In this document: positions 1 to 13,923 of the stretch, in pieces
Layout of the letters: the number at the start of each line of letters is the position of its first letter
How positions within the stretch are numbered: position 1 is the first letter of the stretch
Assembly (NCBI RefSeq): GCF_006345805.1
Contig: NC_043004.1
Coordinates: forward strand, 50,964,001-51,028,000
Reading direction: 5' to 3'
From: Octopus sinensis
Lineage: Eukaryota
Length of the DNA stretch: 64,000 bases
Notes under the pieces: generated by a model
The model's input: only the letters and a program-made list of their open reading frames with translations
The model's database searches: none
Told to the model about the DNA's origin: nothing
Translations under genes and position numbers: made by a program

Positions 1-741
1 CACATAGCCCAATGTCATAATTCAAAACTAACGTAGCGAAAATTTTGAAAAGTTCCCCCAGTTCTGAAAAGAATCGATAAATTCGACATGGGGTCGAGAA
101 TCTAAGCTTTTCATTGGCTACAGATTTTCTGTTGTAGTTTTCGCAACTTGCAATCGATTTTCACAAAACTCATGGTGAAGCTTAATATTACCATAAGAAA
201 CTTAATTCTGAGGTTAGTTTTCCATGCAATACCTTACCATCAGAAAAAAATCGATAAAATCATGCCATTTTGGGAAATCGCGTTCAAATTCAAGATGACA
301 TATTTTCGACAATATCTTTAACAAATTGGCAGGAATTTTTTTTTAAATTCACAGCGAGCATCATGTCTGCTCCAAGGAGCTATATGGCCCTTTTTATTCC
401 TATAGGATACTTTATTACTGGAAAAAATCGGTTAATTAAATCATACGTGGCACACATAGCAAACCGATTTGTGTATTAAACACAAACCACAGACTGTCTA
501 GGGGACGCAACTCGACCTTCTTTAGCTCTCTTACTCCCCCAAATAACTATCAAATAGCTATCGATAATTCAACCCACAGGAGGAAATCTAGACTTAATCT
601 TCAAGGTATCCCACATACAAACCAAAGATTACATCGAAACCTCCAGACTAACCTAAGTTTTGGTGAACCAATTCCTACCAGGAAGAAATTACATTCGAGG
701 ATTTACCCCCAACACCGCCACTTCAAGCAGTCAATGCTCTG

Positions 742-2006
742 GTGGCAAAGTGGACCTGCCACCCCCTACGGGAACCACCTCAACCGCTGAAGGATCTCGC
801 GGCGGGTTTAACCCCCGAATCGTCACAATTCCTTGAAATCATTCGAAAGTACAACTGCTCATTCCAAATGACCTCTTTCGGGACCAAAATTCCTCCTAGA
901 GAAGGTTGGATGCCTACTTTCAAAGTGCAGGGACAGGTCAACCATCTTATTGGGTCACTTCTGCCAGACGAGATTCAGCATCTTCTTTCCTCCAAATCTA
1001 CTTCATTGCCGACTACAACCAGCAGGTTGATGCACGCCTTGAATAATCCGGGTACATGCTATGTTCCCCGCAGAGACGTTCTTCTCCGTCTCCAAACCAT
1101 GCTTCATGATATCAACAGCTACGTCCGCAGCTTCAGGTATGCCTTGGACAGTGCTCCGTCTCCAGACTTCACCGTTGTCATTGATGCTGATAAACGACAC
1201 CACGGGGAGCACGAACGCCGTTTCAACGCACCTGCGTGCAACGAAATTGCCGCCGTCATACACGGAGAGCCGTGACATAATCATCTCGTCCCTTGGTAAC
1301 AGCCTATGCAGGATTAGGGAAACTCACAGATCTTATGACGCGCTTCAGTATCCATTGCTTTTCCCTTTTGGGGAAGACGGCTACCACTTCGCAATTCCTT
1401 TACGGCAGCCCTCCAATCAAACTACTGCGGCATCAAAGACGGTTTCCAGCAGGACGTTCTACTCATACCGGTTCATGGTCAGGGAGAGTGAGTTCAACTT
1501 ATTGCCCCGTTGTCGTCAGCTATTCAACCAGTTCGCCGTCGACATGGCCGCCAAAATGGAATCGGAAAGGCTGCTATACTTAACTTAATCAGACCAACTT
1601 CGCTCCGACTCCTACATTCATCTCCGTGACGGCTTGAAACAGAAAATGACCCTCGCAACATCGGCAAACCATGCATTCTACCCTCCACCTTCACGGGAGG
1701 ACCGCGATATATACGTGAGAGGACCCAAGACGCCTTGACCTACGTGCGCATTTATGGCCGGCAGGACCTCTTTATCACCTACACGTGCAATCCCAACTGC
1801 GACGAAATCACTCGCGAATTCCTCCCGGGTCAAGAGCTATTCTCGCACCCAAAAATACTACCGTCAACTCCATCAATAACCAGCTACTTGAAGCTATTCC
1901 TGGTGATGTCCACGTCTACAAATCTATAGATAGGACAGCAGACCCCGCCGAGCTTGCAGATTATCCTGTTGAATTCCTGAGTTCACTTGAACCGCCAGGC
2001 CTGCCG

Positions 2007-2008
<2 letters not shown>
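742..2008 (+). mobile_element. Helitron Rep/Helicase pseudogene fragment, frameshifted and internally deleted
   Basis: Overlapping ORFs give Helitron N-terminal/Rep motifs (IRKYNCSFQMTSFG, FKVQGQVNHLIGSL, RRFNAPACNEIAAVI, YDALQYPLLFPFGEDGYH, LFNQFAVDMAAKMESERL, LPSTFTGGPRY, DLFITYTCNP). At ~1830 these join directly to a late PIF1-helicase segment (RAILAPKNTTVNSIN...YPVEFLSSLEPPGLP). The fragment ends in (TA)n. Confidence 0.88.
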
Positions 2009-2920
<912 letters not shown>

Positions 2921-3576
2921 AATATTTGTAATTGAGGGATTGTAATAAGCATTTGTATGTATATAGTATGAGTGAGTGTATATCATGTATATATAGATAC
3001 ATAGAACACAGGTGTATCAATAAGAAGTTCCAGTTTTACCTACCCACTTTATTATTATACATCATATGACACACTTTAGGTCAATACAATGTTGCGTATA
3101 TAGACAGAGACAGAGACATATATTATGTATACATACACACACACACACACACACATATGCACATATGTATCAATGTATACAATATTTGTGAGTAAGTATG
3201 TGAGTGTGCGTGTGTGCGTGCTTGTGTGTGCGTGTGAGCGTGTGTGTGTGTGTTGTGTGTGTGTGTGTGTGTGTGGAATCCCAAGTCTAGCTTTATAATT
3301 CCTAGCGAACAACTCATCACGCCAGTTGCATACACTTTCCACGTGCACACTACGGCTGGAAACACTTGCTGATCACATGATAAATCATCGCTGATTGGTT
3401 GACGCGGCCTCGCACCTCATTATCATTGGCTGACCGCTTTCCCTCCCACGGGTGTGTGTGTTGCTGCTGTTTTTGTTACTTTATTTCACTCTGTTATTCT
3501 TTTTTCTTCTTCCTTTTTCCTCTCTCTTTGTCACTGCGTATAGTTGTGTATGTGCGTGTATGTATGTATGTATGTA

Positions 3577-3612
<36 letters not shown>

Positions 3613-4049
3613 TGTATGTATGTATGTATGTATGTGTGTGTGTCTATACATAGTCTCACGTATGTGTTACGCTTGTGCTTCTTCATGTTTATGAGCGTTT
3701 GTTTATGTTAATGTGTGCGAACTTATTTCCTTCTATTATGTGTGTGTGCGTGTGTATGTACGTATGTAGGTGTTTATGCATGTTCATGGACATACACACA
3801 AACGCACATACTGAGTGTGTGTATGAGTAATTTCCTTATTTTATTATGTACATGCTGTGTATGCGACTCTGTGTGCGTGTGTGTATGTGTGTACGTTTCT
3901 GGTTATGTATATACATATATATGTGTGTGTGTGTGTTTGTCAGTGTATGTATGTGTAATTGCCTTCTGTTGTTATGTATATGTGTCTGTTTACATCGTGT
4001 GTACGAGAGAATATAAATTAAAAACAAAGAAATGCCCTATTTTGCGGTG

Positions 4050-5270
4050 GTTGTGATGGCTGTAGTAGTTGGTGGTAGTATGCTGTTGTGTAATAGTAGA
4101 TGCGACAGTATACAGTGGTGATATCGTTTAACATTTAAACGCGGTAGTTTGTAGCGATTGTTACCGTTGTAGATTAGCAGAGGTGAAAGCATGCGCTGGT
4201 GGCCATGTGTAGTAGTCAGTGTTGCAGTGCGTAGTGGTTATGCCGTTGTGTAATAGCAGAGACGAGCGTATGTAGTGGTACAATAGTGGTTGGTAGTGGT
4301 GACCCGTTGTGTAAAAGTGATGGAGGTAGTATGTAGTGGTACAATAGTGGTTTGTAGTGGTGACTCGTTGTGTAAAAGTGATGGAGGTAGTATGTAGTGG
4401 CATATGGTTAAAGTAGTAGTAGTAGTTATGTGGAATAGTAAATGTTGTAGTGGTTATGGTCGTGGTGTTGTGTTAAAGCGAAGATGGAAGTGTGTGACGA
4501 TAGTGTTAGTGGTATAGTTTTGTGTTGTGTTGATGTAGTTTTGGTTATAGTGGTGGTAGTGGTTGTGGCAGTGGTGATGGTGGTAGTGGTGGTGGTGGTG
4601 GTAGTGGTTGTGGCAGTGGTGATGGTGGTAGTGGTGGTGGTGGTGGTAGTGGTTGTGGCGGTGGTGATGGTGGTGGTGGTGGTGGTGGTGGTGTATAACA
4701 GCAGAAGTGTTATCTCAATAAGTATTGATGATGGCGGTTGTGGTGGTATAGTAGGTTGTGTTGTAGTGTTAGAAGTAGTGTTGTATAATACTAGTGGTGG
4801 TGTAGTTGTGAGATAAGTGGTATTACGCAGTAGTAGTGGTGTTGTAGTGTAGTCATAGTGGTGTCACAGTGATTGGGTTGTAATGTTGCTGAGCTAGTGT
4901 TGTGATGATAGTGTTATGTTGATGGTGTTGTACTAGTACTGTTGTGTTAGTGGTATCGTAGTGTTGTATTAATGTTGTTGTAGTGGAAGTGGTGTTGTAG
5001 TGGTACTGCTGAGTTGGTGACGGTGACAGTGGTAGAGTTGAATTAGTGTTATTGCAGTGGTCCTGTTGTGTTGGTGGTGGTAACAGTGGTAGAGTTGTAT
5101 TAGTGGTATTGTCGTAGTAGCATTGTAAATAGTATGCTAGTAGTGGTTGCAGAGACGTTGCAGTTGTGGTGTTATGCAATAACGTAGGTATTGCTGTACT
5201 AGTTTTGCATAATTGTAGCATTAGTGGTAGTATAGGAGTGGTACTATTGCGCAACTGCAGATATATTTGG
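4050..5270. repeat. Degenerate (GTG/GTA/GTT)n low-complexity region, including a ~61-bp tandem duplication at ~4268-4400
   Basis: Directly visible trinucleotide periodicity; the poly-Val/poly-Thr ORFs are artefacts. Confidence 0.85.
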
Positions 5271-5354
5271 TAGAGATGTGGTGTTCAGAGGTTAATAACA
5301 TTAAAAACACTTGACTAACATAGTCATATGATTTTGTTTTGACTTCCGCCTAGA

Positions 5355-5670
5355 ATACATTCATACATTCATACACACATACATACATACATTCATACAC
5401 ACATACATTCATACATTCATACATACATACACACATACATACACACATACATTCATACATACATACACACATACATTCATACATTCATACATACATACAC
5501 ACATACACACATACATACATACATACATACATACATACATACATACATACATACATAAATACATACATACATACATTCATACATACATACATACATAAAT
5601 ACATACATACATACATTCATACATACATATACAGACACATGTGTGTGGTGTGTATGTGTACATGTGTGTG
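5355..5670. repeat. (CATA)n microsatellite
   Basis: Directly visible. Confidence 0.95.
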
Positions 5671-5809
5671 TTATTGACATAACAGCTCCCAGTCTTAACT
5701 TTCCTAAGAATCTTTCAAATTTCCAATTAATTCGCTAATCAAAGTACCCGCTATGTGGTTTCTGAACTGCTAAAAATAGCAACCAAATCACAACATTTTT
5801 AAAACTGGG

Positions 5810-6933
5810 AAGTAAAAAAGAAAAAGGTAAATACTGTATTGACTCTTTGGACTCACAGAGCCAGTTACTCAGTTTCCACGGGGTGTAAGTGACGGAGACC
5901 TCAATACCATCCTAAACGGGACGATAGTTCGTTGTAGGGTTACTCACTGCTGAGTGGACGAAAGTAATGTGAAATGAAGAATACAAAGGAACTTCTGCGG
6001 TTCGAGAATAGAAAATTCACGATTTTGCGATTCTGAATGCAACACTTTAACTACTGGGCCGCGCGTCATCACACAAGTTGGATCAATTTAATATTCCTAT
6101 AAAGGCATTCTAGAAGGGAAATGAATTATAATAGAAATCGGGGATGGAGAACAGAAGTGGAACACCTTTAATCATAAGTTTAATGGGTCTTGATTTACTT
6201 GGGGTTAAACAATAACAAAAGTGGTTGTAAAAACAACCGCCGTTACCATCACTTCATACTGAAGATGAAAGATGAAAAGGTCTTGAAACGTCGACGGAAC
6301 TGTGCATATTATTGTAACATAAATATGATGGCGTTGTAGTTGGTATTTAGCTCAAGGTTTCATCTACGACCATCCTTCTGTTGGTGTAATAATATGTATA
6401 AGAATAGTGTGTCGAGTGTAATAATATGTATAAGAATAGAGTGTCGAGTAGTCACTCGACACACTATTCTTATACATATTATTACACCAACAGAAAGACT
6501 GGATGGTCGTAGATGAAACCTTGAGCTAAATACCAACTGCAACGCCATCATATTTATGTTACAATAATATGCACAGTTCCGTCGACGTTTCAAGACCTTT
6601 TTATCTTTCATCTTCAGTATGAAGTGATGGTAACGGCGGTTGTTTTTACAACCACTTTTGTTATTGTTTAACCCCAAGTAAATCAAGACCCATTAAACTT
6701 ATGATTAAAGGTTTTCCACTTCTGTTCTCCATCCCCGATTTCTATTATAATTCATTTCCCTTCTAGAATGCCTTTATAGGAATATTAAATTGATCCAACT
6801 TGTGTGATGACGCGCGGCCCAATAGTTAAAGGTTGGTATTGAGGTCTCCGTCACTTACACCCCGTGGAAACTGAATAACTGGCTCTGTGAGTCCAAAGAG
6901 TCAATACAGTATTTACCTTTTTCTTTTTTACTT
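5810..6933. repeat. Large inverted duplication (fold-back palindrome), centre ~6451
   Basis: 5810-6449 is the reverse complement of 6454-6933, apart from a few substitutions, a ~135-bp block (~5910-6045) missing from the right arm and a ~30-bp tandem duplication next to the centre. Confidence 0.93.
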
Positions 6934-7503
6934 TTACTTTAGCGACCAGGTATAATAAAAGGTGAAGAGGTCTTCAGTAGGGTTTGAACTCAGAACGTAA
7001 ATGATCGATTATTAATGTACTGCAGGCAATTTGTCCTCTGCGCTGCAACGTACAGTGTTATCTGAGGGAGATTTAGGTGCTATTTCTAAAAGCTGCTACT
7101 TCAATGGGTTCAGTGGTTGTTGCTGTTGTTAGTTGTTCCACAGGCTCACTGTCGATCACCAAATCTTTGATAAAAAAATATTCCATCTGTGGTTGTCCTC
7201 ATCTGTAACTGAGATGTGTGCATCTATGTCTACATTATCTAGGTGCCTTTCCTTCATTTATATATTGAAACAGTAACCTGTGATCTGAGGGAGACATTTC
7301 TAGCAGGTTTGATGATTATGTAAGGCTTCCCTCGCTAATGTCCTCGTCAGACACATTATGGCTTGAATTAGTATTATAAAATTCTTTTTTAGATTAACTA
7401 GGGCTCATAAGATGTGACTTGAGGGGTGTTTAAGTACCATTTCTTGTTGGTCCTGTAACCACATAGTGTATTATCTAACAAGGGAACAGCCGAAATATAT
7501 ATG

Positions 7504-7551
<48 letters not shown>

Positions 7552-8364
7552 GGAACAAGGACGCAACAGACGACAATAAAACATCCGGACAGATAGACAA
7601 TACAAAGACGGATAGGAAGAAACAAGTATGGGTCATTTGCAGCCTTTTCTCATGTGTAAAGTTTCCGGATCATCCTTACAATTTCGGCCTGTGACACTTG
7701 AGACTGTTTAAATCTGGTTGACCCCAAAAATCTAAACTAAGAGCATTAAGTTTTTTGGGAGAAAGCAAGCGAATGTGTACGACAACAAAGACAAAAATAA
7801 AAAAAACGGAGAAAATGTTACACAATTGCAAATACAAACAACAAATATCTTTCGACTAATAAAGACGAATCAAGTTGAGCCGGTGTGTGTAGAGTGAAAG
7901 CCTTGAGGCAGGAACATGGGAGATGAACATAAAAGATGAAAGTCATGAGACAGGAATATAAGAGATGCTTCGCGGCCGGCAGTCGAGGTAGGAAAGAAAG
8001 ATCATGCTTGGCCAAACACCGGTCACGTGGAAGGTAAGGAGAGAAGTAGAAGACAGAGGGATTGAAAAATTAGAGGAAGAACGAGAAAGAGAGGAAATCA
8101 AAGGAACATAGAGAAAGGTAGAAGGAAGATAAACGAGGAGGAAAAGTAGGGAGATTAAAGAAAGAGAAGACTAAGAAATATGAGAGAAAAAGAAAAGAGG
8201 AAAGAAAGAAGAAAGAAGAAAGTATGAGGGAGACTAAAAGTAAGTGTAAAAGAGTCGTACAGAATTTGGATACATACTTACAAGGTGAGCAACAGTTTAC
8301 GTAAGCCGCTATGTGTGTTGTGTGTATATATATATATATATATCTATATATATATATATATATA

Positions 8365-8400
<36 letters not shown>

Positions 8401-8430
8401 CATATAAATATGCATATATATATATATATA

Positions 8431-9716
8431 CGAGGGACGTTCAATAAGTAATGCCTCTGACCCACTTGCAGTTGTTTGATCTAGCTGAAATTTTGCATGT
8501 GCAATCATTTATATCTCTATAGAGTAAGTGGCAAATTACAGCTCTTTAATTGTGGTTTCTGATTTACAGGTGTTTGAACCGAGTCAAGTGTGAAATGGAG
8601 CCTGTTGAGTGTCGAGCAGTGATCCGGTTTTTGTATTTGAAAGGACGCACACCACGGGAGACTTTTGATGAAATGAAAGTAACTTATGGTGATGATGCCC
8701 CATCATATGACCTTGTAAAACGCTGGCATCGTGAATTCAAACATGGTCGGAACTCTGTGGAAACAGCTCCCAGATCTGGTCGCCCCTTCTGCCATTGATG
8801 AGGCATCTGTCCGTCAAGTTGAGGCTGCCATTTTGGAAGATCGACGCATAATTATTCACCAAATAGCCCATGAGGTCAAGATTAGTACCGGGTCTGTGGA
8901 AACTATCATTCATGACCATTTGCATATGCAAAAGGTGTCTGCCAGATGGATTCCCAGGTTGCTCACGCCTTTCCAGAAGCAAGAACGCGTCGAGTGCTCG
9001 AGGGTGAATTTGGAGATGTGCCAGAAGATGAGTCAAAATTTTTCAAAAGACTGATTACACAGGATGAAACCTGGGTCCATCACGATGATCCAGAGACCAA
9101 AGCCCAGTCAATGCAGTGGAAGCACCGTGACTCACCCCCTCCAAAGAAAGCAAGGGTGCAGCCCTCCGCTGGCAAGGTCATGCTCACAGTCTTCTGGGAC
9201 CAGGACAGAGTAGTGATGACAGATTTCCTGGCAAAGGGTACCACAATTGCAGGAGCCTATTATGCTTCACTTTTGAGGAAATTAAGAGAAGTTATCAAAA
9301 TCAAGAGGCGGGGCAAGATCAGCAAAGGCATCCTCCTCCTGCAGGACAACGCCCCGGTCCACAACTCGCTTTTCGCCAGATCAGAAGCACAGGCGTATGG
9401 CTATGAACTCCTCCCCCATCCCCCTACTTTCCTGACCTTGCACCCTCTGATTTTCACCTCTTCCCAGTCATGAAGTTGTTTTTGAAAGGAAAGCGTTTCC
9501 CAGATGATGCAGCCTTGATTTCTGAAGTCACGTTCAGGTTGGAGGACCAAGCTGGGGTCTTCTACAAAAACGGTCTCCAGAGCTGCATCAAGCAATGGGA
9601 GAAATGCGTAACTCTGGGTGGTTCCTATGTAGAAAAAGACTAATAACTGTGCCAAGTTTCGTTGCTCTACTGCTATGGGAAGTGGGTCAGGGGCATTACT
9701 TATTGAACGACCCTCG
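8431..9716 (+). mobile_element. Full-length mariner (Tc1/mariner, DD34D; resembles the irritans subfamily)
   Basis: ~39-bp TIRs (cgagggacgttcaataagtaatgcctctgacccactt / aagtgggtcaggggcattacttattgaacgaccctcg), TA on both sides, 1286 bp, inserted in (TA)n. Confidence 0.96.
8595..9643 (+). pseudogene. Mariner transposase with three frameshifts (~8788, ~9024, ~9422)
   Basis: MEPVECRAVIRFL...RSGRP...WIPRLLT...TQDETW...AGKVMLTVFWD...LQDNAPVH...(HPPY)FPDLAPSDF...GGSYVEKD*. There are 34 residues between the 2nd and 3rd catalytic Asp after repair. Confidence 0.92.
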
Positions 9717-9755
<39 letters not shown>

Positions 9756-9770
9756 ATATGTATGTATGTG

Positions 9771-9827
<57 letters not shown>

Positions 9828-9842
9828 ATATAATATAATATA

Positions 9843-9882
<40 letters not shown>

Positions 9883-11164
9883 AAAAGTGGAAAAGAACGC
9901 AACATACCCGTTTGTACTTCGGTATGAAATAATTTTTTCCACAGGTTTTTTTTCGAGTTCATTCAACGTATCTCACCTCCAAATCCACCGTAAGTCACTT
10001 TCTTCCCGAAAAGAAAGCGGAGTTTTGTTTCTTGGAGTTTTTTCTTTTCCAAGTTATTTCACTTTCAACGAATGTGACATCGAAATCACGTGTAAACGGT
10101 TCTTTTCCCCAGAAAAGGAAAGATTTGGCTGCTATTTCTTGTACGCCCTACTACAACGTAACAGCAATTTCGGTTCCTTTAACGCAAATGAGTGTTACGT
10201 GGTAGCAAGGCGTGCTAAAATAGCAGCCAAATCTTTAGCGATGAGTTACGTTGAATGCACTTAAAAAAACCTATAGAAAAAGTTATTTCACAGTGAGGTT
10301 ACGAATTTACCGTATTTTAAAAGTAATTTTCACTTTAAAATATTTTTTAAATATGCCAAAAAAATTTTGTAATGGTATTCACTTGAAAATAATTTTTAAA
10401 AAGATTAAAATATTGTCTGTTTAGAGAAAGCTAAAATATGAATACTTATTGTACAAACAACTTGCATTTTTGAAAACACATTCACTTAAAAATATTTCTA
10501 AATGATTAAAATATTGTGTTTAACAAAAGTGAAAATAGAAATATTTACTGTAAAAAACAGCTCGTATTTTTTCGTTGACAACTTAGAGTCACTAAGACTT
10601 TTGCCCATCATAATGTGTCTAATCGAAAGGTTAGAGTTTCTTCCCTTTCAGGGTTAAGTTGTTTTCGAAGTATTTTCCCATTATGCACTATTTTGGTGCA
10701 CTCCCCACCCAATATCTCAAGAACCAGTTCTCCGGTTACACGAAACTTGTTTTATTCCGTTTATATTCACATTTCAGGGGAGCCTTGATTCTTAGTATTT
10801 TCCCATTACGCGCCAGTTTGGCCGAGTAACATTACAAGCAAACAAGATTGAAGTTCATTTTTGATATAATATAATATAATATAATATATATGTAAAAGAA
10901 TACCGACAAAACCAAATGTTATATTTTGAATGCATTTAATACGCGAGTTTCTAGAAGTCATGTAAGGATTATCTTACACAACTATATTACGTGACTCCTT
11001 TTTCTAACAACCTAGCCTGTCCCTGCTTGGGTAATACGATTTAACACAATAAGGATATAGGAATGGAATTTTAACAGGACTCCCGAGTCGAAAAATTCTG
11101 TTAAGGTGTATTGTATCAAAGCATACGGCTACATATACATATATACACACACGCACACACACAC

Positions 11165-11197
<33 letters not shown>

Positions 11198-11576
11198 TGT
11201 ATGTATGTATGTATGTATGTATGTATGTATGTATGTATTATGTATGTATGTATGTATGTATGTATGTATGTATGTATGTATGTATGTATGTATGTGTGTA
11301 TGCATGCATGCATGTATGTATGTATGTATGTATGTATGTATGTATGTATGTATGTATGTATGTATGTAGTCACTTCAGATAAACAAACAATTCAAATAAA
11401 TGGATAAAAACGAAAAAAAGAAGAAAACCAATGCTCGGTGAAAGGAAGGTGTTTAACGTTTCAAGCATAGCTCTTTGTCGGAAACGGGAAAATTCAAAGA
11501 AAGAGAAGAAATGGTCACCGGGCCACGTGTAGCTACATTGCATATATATACTAATAATAACCGTGTTAGAACTCAA

Positions 11577-12088
11577 TGTTGTAACCCCCTTCGGTCATAA
11601 ATGACCATAGGATTGCACCTAGAAAGTTACCCTCCGGTGCACAAGTCCGGGCAAGGTTGTTTATGGAAGACCAGCAGTCGCCCATGCATACCAGCCTCCC
11701 CTCTCCACGCCACCAGTGTTATCCAAGGGAAAAGCAAAGGCCGATACAGCTTGGCACCACTGACGTCGCAGCTCATTTATTAACGTGAAATAGCTGAGGA
11801 CTACACAGACACGTGTACCCTTAACATAGTTCTCGGGGAGATTCAGCGTGACACAGAATGTGACAAGGCTGGTCCTTTGTAACACAGGTACAACAGAAAC
11901 AGGAAGAAAGAGTGAGAGAAAGTTGTGGTGAAAGAGTACAGCAGGGTTCACCACGATCCCCTGCCGGAGCCTCGTGGAGCTTTAGGTGCTTTCGCTCAAT
12001 AAACACTCACAATGCTCGGTCTGGGAATCGAACCGCGATCCTACGACCGCGAGTCCGCTGCCTTAACTACTGGGCCATTGCACCTCCC
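11577..12088 (-). mobile_element. tRNA-derived SINE
   Basis: Minus-strand head ggaggtgcaatggcccagtagttaaggcagcggactcgcggtcgtaggatcgcggttcgattccc with A-box (tggcccagtagtt) and B-box (ggttcgattcc). Confidence 0.75.
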
Positions 12089-13168
12089 CAGAACTCAATA
12101 TACTTGTACTTTATAGTAAATCCTCAGGTAAATAGAAAGCATAATATTAAACTAGGAGTGGCAAAAGAACCAGTCCTGGTAATAATTGTAACAAGTTTAT
12201 CACTACTTCTGCCATACAAAGCTTTGTGTAAAGAGCTGAGTGCTCGTGCACGACACATTCGTGACATTGACGGAGCCATTTTAACGATTGCATAAATGTT
12301 CTTCTTTTATCATTCCTTAATTGATAATGTATATGACAGTGTGTGTGTGTGTGTCATTAATCAGTTTTATTTCAAGATTTCTTGCCAATAGAGAAAGAGC
12401 CGGTTTCTAACCTTGATCCAAGGATCCTTCATTGGAATTTCTACATCAACAACAGGGTATTTTTGTATGTATGTATGTATGTATGTATGTATGTATGGAT
12501 GGATGGATGGATGGATGGATGGATGAATATGTGCAGATTCGTATGTTTTGCTTTATGTGTGTATTCTCGTGCATATCGTTGCGTGTATTGACATATATGC
12601 TTAAACAATACGCTTGTGGAAAGTTTGACAGAATTTTACAGTTCCGGTGATGGTTTGGATCTGTAGTCTTCGATCGCGCAGTTAAACCATTGGGAGTGAA
12701 GGTCTCCTAGCCTTTGTTAGGGCATCCTTCTAGGAGAAGGTAACTCAGGTAACTGGGATAACTCCGATATAAAACCTGCGGCTCAGTGGTTACCGATGAT
12801 GTTGACTTGTTCTTCTTTTCGGATTATGGCTGCTGTTGCTTAGTGAGTGGGATTGACTCAGTGCACAGCCTTTCCCCACTTAAAAAAAAATCTTCTTGCA
12901 CAGGCATTGCACGATAACAACATTGATTAAGCTTCGTGCAATGACCATACTCGATAACGAGGGGACAGCCACCATATATGTATGTAGGTATGTGTATGAA
13001 ACCAAGCTGCATGCAACCACTATGTAGTAGTCCCAAGAAAATATTGGATTTCAGCGCTATTTTTCCCAAACCATTCTACTCTTGATATACAAAAGGAAAC
13101 GTACAAATTTAAACAACGTAGTGTGTGCGCGCGCGTATGCATGTGTGTGTGTGAGAGTGAGTCAGTGA

Positions 13169-13232
<64 letters not shown>

Positions 13233-13334
13233 ATGTGTGCATGTGTGTGTGCATGTGTGTGTGTGTGTGTTGAAAATGTGGCATGGTGTCCTGTAGTTTT
13301 CAACATTGCGTTTCACAGTCAAATAGATGCATAG

Positions 13335-13497
13335 TGCACGAGAGGCTGTGTGGTAAGCTGCTTGCTTACCAACCACATGGTTCCGGGTTCAGTCCCACTG
13401 CGTGGCACCTTCGGCAAATGTCTTCTGCTATAGACTCGGGCCGACCAAAGCCTTATGAGTGGATTTGGTAGAACGGAAACTGAATGAGGCCCGTCTC

Positions 13498-13590
<93 letters not shown>

Positions 13591-13785
13591 CCAACATCGC
13601 TTGACAACCGATGCTGATGTGTTTACATCCCCGTAACTTAGCGTTTCGGCAAAACAGACCGATAGAATAAGTACTAGGCTTACAAAGAATAATTCCTGGG
13701 GTCGATTTATTTAACTAAAGGCGATGCTCCAGCATGGCTGCAGTCAAACGACTGAAACAAATAAAAGAGTAAAAGAGAATAAAAG
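13335..13785 (+). mobile_element. tRNA-derived SINE family A (octopus OR/OK-type) with internal (TA)n/(TG)n
   Basis: ggctgtgtggtaag...ggttcagtccc head, central cacct..ggcaa.tgtcttct core and tail ...gactgaaacaaataaaagag; many near-identical copies in the window. Confidence 0.85.
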
Positions 13786-13880
13786 AGATGTGTTTGTGTG
13801 TGTGTGTGTTTTGTGTGTGTGTGTGAAATAGAATGTTGTACAGGATGATGCCGGGACAAACGGAACACAGAATACACACA

Positions 13881-13923
<43 letters not shown>

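Noticed and set aside
12600-12970. Possible LINE 5' UTR with an HDV-like ribozyme
   Set aside because: Only nested hairpins found; I could not build P1/P2/P3 or J4/2.
13335-13420. tRNA genes at A/B-box heads (also 12020-12088, 43131, 63775)
   Set aside because: No full cloverleaf; they continue into SINE bodies and are multi-copy.
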